A DNA stretch of 64,000 bases from Auanema rhodensis (taxonomy: Eukaryota; Animalia; Nematoda): positions 16,368,001-16,432,000 of the forward strand of contig OZ059900.1 in NCBI GenBank assembly GCA_964057225.1, written 5' to 3'. Of the stretch, positions 23,941 through 37,963 are shown in pieces. The notes under the pieces were generated by a model. It saw only the letters and a program-made list of their open reading frames with translations, made no database searches and was not told the DNA's origin. The position numbers and the translations under genes are program-made. Position 1 is the stretch's first letter. Each line of letters begins with the position of its first letter.

Positions 23941-26900
23941 GATTTAATCAATATTAGCCATAAGGGGTGTGCCCTCAGAATATGCTAATTTCCTTAATTT
24001 TCTAACCCCTGTTTTTTTGTCGTGAAAGTGGAACTAGGCGTTGTACGAACAATTTTGAGCTAGGTTTCTTTGACATTGCATGAGTTTGAACACATGAAAT
24101 CGTAAGTGAAAACCTTGTTTACAGCGAAATTTCCAAAAACTGGTTTTCCAGCATAATAAAATATTTCTCATGGGAAATACTGTGTTTTTGTATTTTTCTA
24201 GTGTTCAGCATGTAAAATGCTTCATTTTAGTATGTAACACGCTGAAATTCGTTGCATTTGACGACTCATATGAACAAAAATCGATTTAATCAATATTAGC
24301 CATAAGGGGCGTGCCCTCAGAATATGCTAATTTCCTTAATTTTCTAACCCTTGTTTTTTTGTCGTGAAAGTGGAACTAGACGTTGTACGAACAATTTTGA
24401 GCTAGGTTTCATTGACATTGCATGAGTTTGAACACATGAAATCGTAAGTGAAAACCTTGTTTACAGCGAAATTTCCAAAAACTGGTTTTCCAGCATAATA
24501 AAATATTTCTCATGGGAAATACTGTGTTTTTGTATTTTTCTAGTGTTCAGCATGTAAAATGCTTCATATTAGTATGTAACACGCTGAAATTCGTTGCATT
24601 TGACGACTCATATGAACAAAAATCGATTTAATCAATATTAGCCATAAGGGGCGTGCCCTCAGAATATGCTAATTTCCTTAATTTTCTAACCCCTGTTTTT
24701 TTGTCGTGAAAGTGGAACTAGACGTTGTACGAACAATTTGGAGCTAAGTTTCATTGACATTGCATGAGTTTGAACACATGAAATCGTAAGTCAAAACCTT
24801 GTTTACAGCGAAATTTCCAAAAACTGGTTTTCCAGCATAATAAAATATTTCTCATGGGAAATACTGTGTTTTTGTTTTTTTCTAGTGTTCAGCATGTAAA
24901 ATGCTTCATTTTAGTATGTAACACGCTGAAATTCGTTGCATTTGACGACTCATATGAACAAAAATCGATTTAATCAATATTAGCCATAAGGGGTGTGCCC
25001 TCAGAATATGCTAATTTCCTTAATTTTCTAACCCCTGTTTTTTTGTCGTGAAAGTGGAACTAGACGTTGTACGAACAATTTTGAGCTAGGTTTCATTGAC
25101 ATTGCATGAGTTTGAACACATGAAATCGTAAGTCAAAACCTTGTTTACAGCGAAATTTCCAAAAACTGGTTTTCCAGCATAATAAAATATTTCTCATGGG
25201 AAATACTGTGTTTTTGTTTTTTTCTAGTGTTCAGCATGTAAAATGCTTCATTTTAGTATGTAACACGCTGAAATTCGTTGCATTTGACGACTCATATGAA
25301 CAAAAATCGATTTAATCAATATTAGCCATAAGGGGTGTGCCCTCAGAATATGCTAATTTCCTTAATTTTCTAACCCCTGTTTTTTTGTCGTGAAAGTGGA
25401 ACTAGACGTTGTACGAACAATTTTGAGCTAGGTTTCATTGACATTGCATGAGTTTGAACACATGAAATCGTAAGTCAAAACCTTGTTTACAGCGAAATTT
25501 CCAAAAACTGGTTTTCCAGCATAATAAAATATTTCTCATGGGAAATACTGTGTTTTTGTATTTTTCTAGTGTTCAGCATGTAAAATGCTTCATTTCAGTA
25601 TGTAACACGCTGAAATTCGTTGCATTTGACGACTCATATGAACAAAAATCGATTTAATCAATATTAGCCATAAGGGGCGTGCCCTCAGAATATGCTAATT
25701 TCCTTAATTTTCTAACCCTTGTTTTTTTGTCGTGAAAGTGGAACTAGACGTTGTACGAACAATTTTGAGCTAAGTTTCATTGACATTGCATGAGTTTGAA
25801 CACATGAAATCGTAAGTCAAAACCTTGTTTACAGCGAAATTTCCAAAAACTGGTTTTCCAGCATAATAAAATATTTCTCATGGGAAATACTGTGTTTTTG
25901 TTTTTTTCTAGTGTTCAGCATGTAAAATGCTTCATTTTGGTATGTAACACGCTGAAATTCGTTGCATTTGACGACTCATATGAACAAAAATCGATTTAAT
26001 CAATATTAGCCATAAGGGGCGTGCCCTCAGAATATGCTAATTTCCTTAATTTTCTAACCCCTGTTTTTTTTGTCGTGAAAGTGGAACTAGGCGTTGTACG
26101 AACAATTTTGAGCTAGGTTTCATTGACATTGCATGAGTTTGAACACATGAAATCGTAAGTGAAAACCTTGTTTACAGCGAAATTTCCAAAAACTGGTTTT
26201 CCAGCATAATAAAATATTTCTCATGGGAAATACTGTGTTTTTGTATTTTTCTAGTGTTCAGCATGTAAAATGCTTCATTTTAGTATGTAACACGCTGAAA
26301 TTCGTTGCATTTGACGACTCATATGAACAAAAATCGATTTAATCAATATTAGCCATAAGGGGCGTGCCCTCAGAATATGCTAATTTCCTTAATTTTCTAA
26401 CCCTTGTTTTTTTGTCGTGAAAGTGGAACTAGACGTTGTACGAACAATTTTGAGCTAGGTTTCATTGACATTGCATGAGTTTGAACATATGAAATCGTAA
26501 GTGAAAACCTTGTTTACAGCGAAATTTCCAAAAACTGGTTTTCCAGCATAATAAAATATTTCTCATGGGAAATACTGTGTTTTTGTATTTTTCTAGTGTT
26601 CAGCATGTAAAATGCTTCATATTAGTATGTAACACGCTGAAATTCGTTGCATTTGACGACTCATATGAACAAAAATCGATTTAATCAATATTAGCCATAA
26701 GGGGCGTGCCCTCAGAATATGCTAATTTCCTTAATTTTCTAACCCCTGTTTTTTTGTCGTGAAAGTGGAACTAGACGTTGTACGAACAATTTTGAGCTAA
26801 GTTTCATTGACATTGCATGAGTTTGAACACATGAAATCGTAAGTCAAAACCTTGTTTACAGCGAAATTTCCAAAAACTGGTTTTCCAGCATAATAAAATA

Positions 26901-28045
26901 TTTCTCATGGGAAATACTGTGTTTTTGTTTTTTTCTAGTGTTCAGCATGTAAAATGCTTCATTTTAGTATGTAACACGCTGAAATTCGTTGCATTTGACG
27001 ACTCATATGAACAAAAATCGATTTAATCAATATTAGCCATAAGGGGTGTGCCCTCAGAATATGCTAATTTCCTTAATTTTCTAACCCCTGTTTTTTTGTC
27101 GTGAAAGTGGAACTAGACGTTGTACGAACAATTTTGAGCTAGGTTTCATTGACATTGCATGAGTTTGAACACATGAAATCGTAAGTCAAAACCTTGTTTA
27201 CAGCGAAATTTCCAAAAACTGGTTTTCCAGCATAATAAAATATTTCTCATGGGAAATACTGTGTTTTTGTATTTTTCTAGTGTTCAGCATGTAAAATGCT
27301 TCATTTCAGTATGTAACACGCTGAAATTCGTTGCATTTGACGACTCATATGAACAAAAATCGATTTAATCAATATTAGCCATAAGGGGCGTGCCCTCAGA
27401 ATATGCTAATTTCCTTAATTTTCTAACCCTTGTTTTTTTGTCGTGAAAGTGGAACTAGACGTTGTACGAACAATTTTGAGCTAAGTTTCATTGACATTGC
27501 ATGAGTTTGAACACATGAAATCGTAAGTCAAAACCTTGTTTACAGCGAAATTTCCAAAAACTGGTTTTCCAGCATAATAAAATATTTCTCATGGGAAATA
27601 CTGTGTTTTTGTTTTTTTCTAGTGTTCAGCATGTAAAATGCTTCATTTTAGTATGTAACACGCTGAAATTCGTTGCATTTGACGACTCATATGAACAAAA
27701 ATCGATTTAATCAATATTAGCCATAAGGGGTGTGCCCTCAGAATATGCTAATTTCCTTAATTTTCTAACCCCTGTTTTTTTGTCGTGAAAGTGGAACTAG
27801 ACGTTGTACGAACAATTTTGAGCTAGGTTTCATTGACATTGCATGAGTTTGAACACATGAAATCGTAAGTCAAAACCTTGTTTACAGCGAAATTTCCAAA
27901 AACTGGTTTTCCAGCATAATAAAATATTTCTCATGGGAAATACTGTGTTTTTGTATTTTTCTAGTGTTCAGCATGTAAAATGCTTCATTTCAGTATGTAA
28001 CACGCTGAAATTCGTTGCATTTGACGACTCATATGAACAAAAATC

Positions 28046-31000
28046 GATTTAATCAATATTAGCCATAAGGGGCGTGCCCTCAGAATATGCTAATTTCCTT
28101 AATTTTCTAACCCTTGTTTTTTTGTCGTGAAAGTGGAACTAGACGTTGTACGAACAATTTTGAGCTAAGTTTCATTGACATTGCATGAGTTTGAACACAT
28201 GAAATCGTAAGTCAAAACCTTGTTTACAGCGAAATTTCCAAAAACTGGTTTTCCAGCATAATAAAATATTTCTCATGGGAAATACTGTGTTTTTGTTTTT
28301 TTCTAGTGTTCAGCATGTAAAATGCTTCATTTTAGTATGTAACACGCTGAAATTCGTTGCATTTGACGACTCATATGAACAAAAATCGATTTAATCAATA
28401 TTAGCCATAAGGGGTGTGCCCTCAGAATATGCTAATTTCCTTAATTTTCTAACCCCTGTTTTTTTGTCGTGAAAGTGGAACTAGGCGTTGTACGAACAAT
28501 TTTGAGCTAGGTTTCATTGACATTGCATGAGTTTGAACACATGAAATCGTAAGTGAAAACCTTGTTTACAGCGAAATTTCCAAAAACTGGTTTTCCAGCA
28601 TAATAAAATATTTCTCATGGGAAATACTGTGTTTTTGTATTTTTCTAGTGTTCAGCATGTAAAATGCTTCATTTTAGTATGTAACACGCTGAAATTCGTT
28701 GCATTTGACGACTCATATGAACAAAAATCGATTTAATCAATATTAGCCATAAGGGGCGTGCCCTCAGAATATGCTAATTTCCTTAATTTTCTAACCCTTG
28801 TTTTTTTGTCGTGAAAGTGGAACTAGACGTTGTACGAACAATTTTGAGCTAGGTTTCATTGACATTGCATGAGTTTGAACACATGAAATCGTAAGTGAAA
28901 ACCTTGTTTACAGCGAAATTTCCAAAAACTGGTTTTCCAGCATAATAAAATATTTCTCATGGGAAATACTGTGTTTTTGTATTTTTCTAGTGTTCAGCAT
29001 GTAAAATGCTTCATATTAGTATGTAACACGCTGAAATTCGTTGCATTTGACGACTCATATGAACAAAAATCGATTTAATCAATATTAGCCATAAGGGGCG
29101 TGCCCTCAGAATATGCTAATTTCCTTAATTTTCTAACCCCTGTTTTTTTGTCGTGAAAGTGGAACTAGACGTTGTACGAACAATTTTGAGCTAAGTTTCA
29201 TTGACATTGCATGAGTTTGAACACATGAAATCGTAAGTCAAAACCTTGTTTACAGCGAAATTTCCAAAAACTGGTTTTCCAGCATAATAAAATATTTCTC
29301 ATGGGAAATACTGTGTTTTTGTTTTTTTCTAGTGTTCAGCATGTAAAATGCTTCATTTTAGTATGTAACACGCTGAAATTCGTTGCATTTGACGACTCAT
29401 ATGAACAAAAATCGATTTAATCAATATTAGCCATAAGGGGTGTGCCCTCAGAATATGCTAATTTCCTTAATTTTCTAACCCCTGTTTTTTTGTCGTGAAA
29501 GTGGAACTAGACGTTGTACGAACAATTTTGAGCTAGGTTTCATTGACATTGCATGAGTTTGAACACATGAAATCGTAAGTCAAAACCTTGTTTACAGCGA
29601 AATTTCCAAAAACTGGTTTTCCAGCATAATAAAATATTTCTCATGGGAAATACTGTGTTTTTGTATTTTTCTAGTGTTCAGCATGTAAAATGCTTCATTT
29701 CAGTATGTAACACGCTGAAATTCGTTGCATTTGACGACTCATATGAACAAAAATCGATTTAATCAATATTAGCCATAAGGGGCGTGCCCTCAGAATATGC
29801 TAATTTCCTTAATTTTCTAACCCTTGTTTTTTTGTCGTGAAAGTGGAACTAGACGTTGTACGAACAATTTTGAGCTAAGTTTCATTGACATTGCATGAGT
29901 TTGAACACATGAAATCGTAAGTCAAAACCTTGTTTACAGCGAAATTTCCAAAAACTGGTTTTCCAGCATAATAAAATATTTCTCATGGGAAATACTGTGT
30001 TTTTGTTTTTTTCTAGTGTTCAGCATGTAAAATGCTTCATTTTAGTATGTAACACGCTGAAATTCGTTGCATTTGACGACTCATATGAACAAAAATCGAT
30101 TTAATCAATATTAGCCATAAGGGGTGTGCCCTCAGAATATGCTAATTTCCTTAATTTTCTAACCCCTGTTTTTTTGTCGTGAAAGTGGAACTAGGCGTTG
30201 TACGAACAATTTTGAGCTAGGTTTCATTGACATTGCATGAGTTTGAACACATGAAATCGTAAGTGAAAACCTTGTTTACAGCGAAATTTCCAAAAACTGG
30301 TTTTCCAGCATAATAAAATATTTCTCATGGGAAATACTGTGTTTTTGTATTTTTCTAGTGTTCAGCATGTAAAATGCTTCATTTTAGTATGTAACACGCT
30401 GAAATTCGTTGCATTTGACGACTCATATGAACAAAAATCGATTTAATCAATATTAGCCATAAGGGGCGTGCCCTCAGAATATGCTAATTTCCTTAATTTT
30501 CTAACCCTTGTTTTTTTGTCGTGAAAGTGGAACTAGACGTTGTACGAACAATTTTGAGCTAGGTTTCATTGACATTGCATGAGTTTGAACACATGAAATC
30601 GTAAGTGAAAACCTTGTTTACAGCGAAATTTCCAAAAACTGGTTTTCCAGCATAATAAAATATTTCTCATGGGAAATACTGTGTTTTTGTATTTTTCTAG
30701 TGTTCAGCATGTAAAATGCTTCATATTAGTATGTAACACGCTGAAATTCGTTGCATTTGACGACTCATATGAACAAAAATCGATTTAATCAATATTAGCC
30801 ATAAGGGGCGTGCCCTCAGAATATGCTAATTTCCTTAATTTTCTAACCCCTGTTTTTTTGTCGTGAAAGTGGAACTAGACGTTGTACGAACAATTTTGAG
30901 CTAAGTTTCATTGACATTGCATGAGTTTGAACACATGAAATCGTAAGTCAAAACCTTGTTTACAGCGAAATTTCCAAAAACTGGTTTTCCAGCATAATAA

Positions 31001-31465
31001 AATATTTCTCATGGGAAATACTGTGTTTTTGTTTTTTTCTAGTGTTCAGCATGTAAAATGCTTCATTTTAGTATGTAACACGCTGAAATTCGTTGCATTT
31101 GACGACTCATATGAACAAAAATCGATTTAATCAATATTAGCCATAAGGGGTGTGCCCTCAGAATATGCTAATTTCCTTAATTTTCTAACCCCTGTTTTTT
31201 TGTCGTGAAAGTGGAACTAGACGTTGTACGAACAATTTTGAGCTAGGTTTCATTGACATTGCATGAGTTTGAACACATGAAATCGTAAGTCAAAACCTTG
31301 TTTACAGCGAAATTTCCAAAAACTGGTTTTCCAGCATAATAAAATATTTCTCATGGGAAATACTGTGTTTTTGTATTTTTCTAGTGTTCAGCATGTAAAA
31401 TGCTTCATTTTAGTATGTAACACGCTGAAATTCGTTGCATTTGACGACTCATATGAACAAAAATC
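28046..31465. repeat. 5-monomer higher-order repeat (1710 bp), two near-identical copies, with a related unit at 25651-27361
   Basis: The order [69T,123A,252T]-[28T,98G,168G]-[69T,168G,286A]-[123A,252T]-[28T,(288C)] occurs at 28046-29755 and 29756-31465. Confidence 0.85.
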
Positions 31466-32149
31466 GATTTAATCAATATTAGCCATAAGGGGCGTGCCCT
31501 CAGAATATGCTAATTTCCTTAATTTTCTAACCCTTGTTTTTTTGTCGTGAAAGTGGAACTAGACGTTGTACGAACAATTTTGAGCTAGGTTTCATTGACA
31601 TTGCATGAGTTTGAACACATGAAATCGTAAGTGAAAACCTTGTTTACAGCGAAATTTCCAAAAACTGGTTTTCCAGCATAATAAAATATTTCTCATGGGA
31701 AATACTGTGTTTTTGTATTTTTCTAGTGTTCAGCATGTAAAATGCTTCATATTAGTATGTAACACGCTGAAATTCGTTGCATTTGACGACTCATATGAAC
31801 AAAAATCGATTTAATCAATATTAGCCATAAGGGGCGTGCCCTCAGAATATGCTAATTTCCTTAATTTTCTAACCCCTGTTTTTTTGTCGTGAAAGTGGAA
31901 CTAGACGTTGTACGAACAATTTTGAGCTAAGTTTCATTGACATTGCATGAGTTTGAACACATGAAATCGTAAGTCAAAACCTTGTTTACAGCGAAATTTC
32001 CAAAAACTGGTTTTCCAGCATAATAAAATATTTCTCATGGGAAATACTGTGTTTTTGTTTTTTTCTAGTGTTCAGCATGTAAAATGCTTCATTTTAGTAT
32101 GTAACACGCTGAAATTCGTTGCATTTGACGACTCATATGAACAAAAATC

Positions 32150-35100
32150 GATTTAATCAATATTAGCCATAAGGGGTGTGCCCTCAGAATATGCTAATTT
32201 CCTTAATTTTCTAACCCCTGTTTTTTTGTCGTGAAAGTGGAACTAGACGTTGTACGAACAATTTTGAGCTAGGTTTCATTGACATTGCATGAGTTTGAAC
32301 ACATGAAATCGTAAGTCAAAACCTTGTTTACAGCGAAATTTCCAAAAACTGGTTTTCCAGCATAATAAAATATTTCTCATGGGAAATACTGTGTTTTTGT
32401 ATTTTTCTAGTGTTCAGCATGTAAAATGCTTCATTTCAGTATGTAACACGCTGAAATTCGTTGCATTTGACGACTCATATGAACAAAAATCGATTTAATC
32501 AATATTAGCCATAAGGGGCGTGCCCTCAGAATATGCTAATTTCCTTAATTTTCTAACCCTTGTTTTTTTGTCGTGAAAGTGGAACTAGACGTTGTACGAA
32601 CAATTTTGAGCTAAGTTTCATTGACATTGCATGAGTTTGAACACATGAAATCGTAAGTCAAAACCTTGTTTACAGCGAAATTTCCAAAAACTGGTTTTCC
32701 AGCATAATAAAATATTTCTCATGGGAAATACTGTGTTTTTGTTTTTTTCTAGTGTTCAGCATGTAAAATGCTTCATTTTAGTATGTAACACGCTGAAATT
32801 CGTTGCATTTGACGACTCATATGAACAAAAATCGATTTAATCAATATTAGCCATAAGGGGTGTGCCCTCAGAATATGCTAATTTCCTTAATTTTCTAACC
32901 CCTGTTTTTTTGTCGTGAAAGTGGAACTAGACGTTGTACGAACAATTTTGAGCTAGGTTTCATTGACATTGCATGAGTTTGAACACATGAAATCGTAAGT
33001 CAAAACCTTGTTTACAGCGAAATTTCCAAAAACTGGTTTTCCAGCATAATAAAATATTTCTCATGGGAAATACTGTGTTTTTGTATTTTTCTAGTGTTCA
33101 GCATGTAAAATGCTTCATTTCAGTATGTAACACGCTGAAATTCGTTGCATTTGACGACTCATATGAACAAAAATCGATTTAATCAATATTAGCCATAAGG
33201 GGCGTGCCCTCAGAATATGCTAATTTCCTTAATTTTCTAACCCTTGTTTTTTTGTCGTGAAAGTGGAACTAGACGTTGTACGAACAATTTTGAGCTAAGT
33301 TTCATTGACATTGCATGAGTTTGAACACATGAAATCGTAAGTCAAAACCTTGTTTACAGCGAAATTTCCAAAAACTGGTTTTCCAGCATAATAAAATATT
33401 TCTCATGGGAAATACTGTGTTTTTGTTTTTTTCTAGTGTTCAGCATGTAAAATGCTTCATTTTAGTATGTAACACGCTGAAATTCGTTGCATTTGACGAC
33501 TCATATGAACAAAAATCGATTTAATCAATATTAGCCATAAGGGGTGTGCCCTCAGAATATGCTAATTTCCTTAATTTTCTAACCCCTGTTTTTTTGTCGT
33601 GAAAGTGGAACTAGACGTTGTACGAACAATTTTGAGCTAGGTTTCATTGACATTGCATGAGTTTGAACACATGAAATCGTAAGTCAAAACCTTGTTTACA
33701 GCGAAATTTCCAAAAACTGGTTTTCCAGCATAATAAAATATTTCTCATGGGAAATACTGTGTTTTTGTATTTTTCTAGTGTTCAGCATGTAAAATGCTTC
33801 ATTTCAGTATGTAACACGCTGAAATTCGTTGCATTTGACGACTCATATGAACAAAAATCGATTTAATCAATATTAGCCATAAGGGGCGTGCCCTCAGAAT
33901 ATGCTAATTTCCTTAATTTTCTAACCCTTGTTTTTTTGTCGTGAAAGTGGAACTAGACGTTGTACGAACAATTTTGAGCTAAGTTTCATTGACATTGCAT
34001 GAGTTTGAACACATGAAATCGTAAGTCAAAACCTTGTTTACAGCGAAATTTCCAAAAACTGGTTTTCCAGCATAATAAAATATTTCTCATGGGAAATACT
34101 GTGTTTTTGTTTTTTTTTAGTGTTCAGCATGTAAAATGCTTCATTTTAGTATGTAACACGCTGAAATTCGTTGCATTTGACGACTCATATGAACAAAAAT
34201 CGATTTAATCAATATTAGCCATAAGGGGCGTGCCCTCAGAATATGCTAATTTCCTTAATTTTCTAACCCCTGTTTTTTTGTCGTGAAAGTGGAACTAGAC
34301 GTTGTACGAACAATTTTGAGCTACGTTTCATTGACATTGCATGAGTTTGAACACATGAAATCGTAAGTCAAAACCTTGTTTACAGCGAAATTTCCAAAAA
34401 CTGGTTTTCCAGCATAATAAAATATTTCTCATGGGAAATACTGTGTTTTTGTTTTTTTCTAGTGTTCAGCATGTAAAATGCTTCATTTTAGTATGTAACA
34501 CGCTGAAATTCGTTGCATTTGACGACTCATATGAACAAAAATCGATTTAATCAATATTAGCCATAAGGGGTGTGCCCTCAGAATATGCTAATTTCCTTAA
34601 TTTTCTAACCCCTGTTTTTTTGTCGTGAAAGTGGAACTAGACGTTGTACGAACAATTTTGAGCTAGGTTTCATTGACATTGCATGAGTTTGAACACATGA
34701 AATCGTAAGTCAAAACCTTGTTTACAGCGAAATTTCCAAAAACTGGTTTTCCAGCATAATAAAATATTTCTCATGGGAAATACTGTGTTTTTGTATTTTT
34801 CTAGTGTTCAGCATGTAAAATGCTTCATTTCAGTATGTAACACGCTGAAATTCGTTGCATTTGACGACTCATATGAACAAAAATCGATTTAATCAATATT
34901 AGCCATAAGGGGCGTGCCCTCAGAATATGCTAATTTCCTTAATTTTCTAACCCTTGTTTTTTTGTCGTGAAAGTGGAACTAGACGTTGTACGAACAATTT
35001 TGAGCTAAGTTTCATTGACATTGCATGAGTTTGAACACATGAAATCGTAAGTCAAAACCTTGTTTACAGCGAAATTTCCAAAAACTGGTTTTCCAGCATA

Positions 35101-36937
35101 ATAAAATATTTCTCATGGGAAATACTGTGTTTTTGTTTTTTTCTAGTGTTCAGCATGTAAAATGCTTCATTTTAGTATGTAACACGCTGAAATTCGTTGC
35201 ATTTGACGACTCATATGAACAAAAATCGATTTAATCAATATTAGCCATAAGGGGTGTGCCCTCAGAATATGCTAATTTCCTTAATTTTCTAACCCCTGTT
35301 TTTTTGTCGTGAAAGTGGAACTAGACGTTGTACGAACAATTTTGAGCTAGGTTTCATTGACATTGCATGAGTTTGAACACATGAAATCGTAAGTCAAAAC
35401 CTTGTTTACAGCGAAATTTCCAAAAACTGGTTTTCCAGCATAATAAAATATTTCTCATGGGAAATACTGTGTTTTTGTATTTTTCTAGTGTTCAGCATGT
35501 AAAATGCTTCATTTCAGTATGTAACACGCTGAAATTCGTTGCATTTGACGACTCATATGAACAAAAATCGATTTAATCAATATTAGCCATAAGGGGCGTG
35601 CCCTCAGAATATGCTAATTTCCTTAATTTTCTAACCCTTGTTTTTTTGTCGTGAAAGTGGAACTAGACGTTGTACGAACAATTTTGAGCTAAGTTTCATT
35701 GACATTGCATGAGTTTGAACACATGAAATCGTAAGTCAAAACCTTGTTTACAGCGAAATTTCCAAAAACTGGTTTTCCAGCATAATAAAATATTTCTCAT
35801 GGGAAATACTGTGTTTTTGTTTTTTTCTAGTGTTCAGCATGTAAAATGCTTCATTTTAGTATGTAACACGCTGAAATTCGTTGCATTTGACGACTCATAT
35901 GAACAAAAATCGATTTAATCAATATTAGCCATAAGGGGTGTGCCCTCAGAATATGCTAATTTCCTTAATTTTCTAACCCCTGTTTTTTTGTCGTGAAAGT
36001 GGAACTAGACGTTGTACGAACAATTTTGAGCTAGGTTTCATTGACATTGCATGAGTTTGAACACATGAAATCGTAAGTCAAAACCTTGTTTACAGCGAAA
36101 TTTCCAAAAACTGGTTTTCCAGCATAATAAAATATTTCTCATGGGAAATACTGTGTTTTTGTATTTTTCTAGTGTTCAGCATGTAAAATGCTTCATTTCA
36201 GTATGTAACACGCTGAAATTCGTTGCATTTGACGACTCATATGAACAAAAATCGATTTAATCAATATTAGCCATAAGGGGCGTGCCCTCAGAATATGCTA
36301 ATTTCCTTAATTTTCTAACCCTTGTTTTTTTGTCGTGAAAGTGGAACTAGACGTTGTACGAACAATTTTGAGCTAAGTTTCATTGACATTGCATGAGTTT
36401 GAACACATGAAATCGTAAGTCAAAACCTTGTTTACAGCGAAATTTCCAAAAACTGGTTTTCCAGCATAATAAAATATTTCTCATGGGAAATACTGTGTTT
36501 TTGTTTTTTTTTAGTGTTCAGCATGTAAAATGCTTCATTTTAGTATGTAACACGCTGAAATTCGTTGCATTTGACGACTCATATGAACAAAAATCGATTT
36601 AATCAATATTAGCCATAAGGGGCGTGCCCTCAGAATATGCTAATTTCCTTAATTTTCTAACCCCTGTTTTTTTGTCGTGAAAGTGGAACTAGACGTTGTA
36701 CGAACAATTTTGAGCTACGTTTCATTGACATTGCATGAGTTTGAACACATGAAATCGTAAGTCAAAACCTTGTTTACAGCGAAATTTCCAAAAACTGGTT
36801 TTCCAGCATAATAAAATATTTCTCATGGGAAATACTGTGTTTTTGTTTTTTTCTAGTGTTCAGCATGTAAAATGCTTCATTTTAGTATGTAACACGCTGA
36901 AATTCGTTGCATTTGACGACTCATATGAACAAAAATC
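32150..36937. repeat. 7-monomer higher-order repeat (2394 bp) x2, itself built from a 2-mer
   Basis: The pattern B-C-B-C-B-C'-G occurs at 32150-34543 and 34544-36937 (B=28T/288C; C=69T/123A/252T; C'=C+258T; G=123C/252T). Confidence 0.88.
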
Positions 36938-37963
36938 GATTTAATCAATATTAGCCATAAGGGGTGTGCCCTCAGAATATGCTAATTTCCTTAATTTTCT
37001 AACCCCTGTTTTTTTGTCGTGAAAGTGGAACTAGACGTTGTACGAACAATTTTGAGCTAGGTTTCATTGACATTGCATGAGTTTGAACACATGAAATCGT
37101 AAGTCAAAACCTTGTTTACAGCGAAATTTCCAAAAACTGGTTTTCCAGCATAATAAAATATTTCTCATGGGAAATACTGTGTTTTTGTATTTTTCTAGTG
37201 TTCAGCATGTAAAATGCTTCATTTCAGTATGTAACACGCTGAAATTCGTTGCATTTGACGACTCATATGAACAAAAATCGATTTAATCAATATTAGCCAT
37301 AAGGGGCGTGCCCTCAGAATATGCTAATTTCCTTAATTTTCTAACCCCTGTTTTTTTGTCGTGAAAGTGGAACTAGACGTTGTACGAACAATTTTGAGCT
37401 AGGTTTCATTGACATTGCATGAGTTTGAACACATGAAATCGTAAGTCAAAACCTTGTTTACAGCGAAATTTCCAAAAACTGGTTTTCCAGCATAATAAAA
37501 TATTTCTCATGGGAAATACTGTGTTTTTGTATTTTTCTAGTGTTCAGCATGTAAAATGCTTCATTTTAGTATGTAACACGCTGAAATTCGTTGCATTTGA
37601 CGACTCATATGAACCAAAATCGATTTAATCAATATTAGCCATAAGGGGCGTGCCCTCAGAATATGCTAATTTCCTTAATTTTCTAACCCCTGTTTTTTTG
37701 TCGTGAAAGTGGAACTAGACGTTGTACGAACAATTTTGAGCTAGGTTTCATTGACATTGCATGAGTTTGAACACATGAAATCGTAAGTCAAAACCTTGTT
37801 TACAGCGAAATTTCCAAAAACTGGTTTTCCAGCATAATAAAATATTTCTCATGGGAAATACTGTGTTTTTGTATTTTTCTAGTGTTCAGCATGTAAAATG
37901 CTTCATTTCAGTATGTAACACGCTGAAATTCGTTGCATTTGACGACTCATATGAACAAAAATC

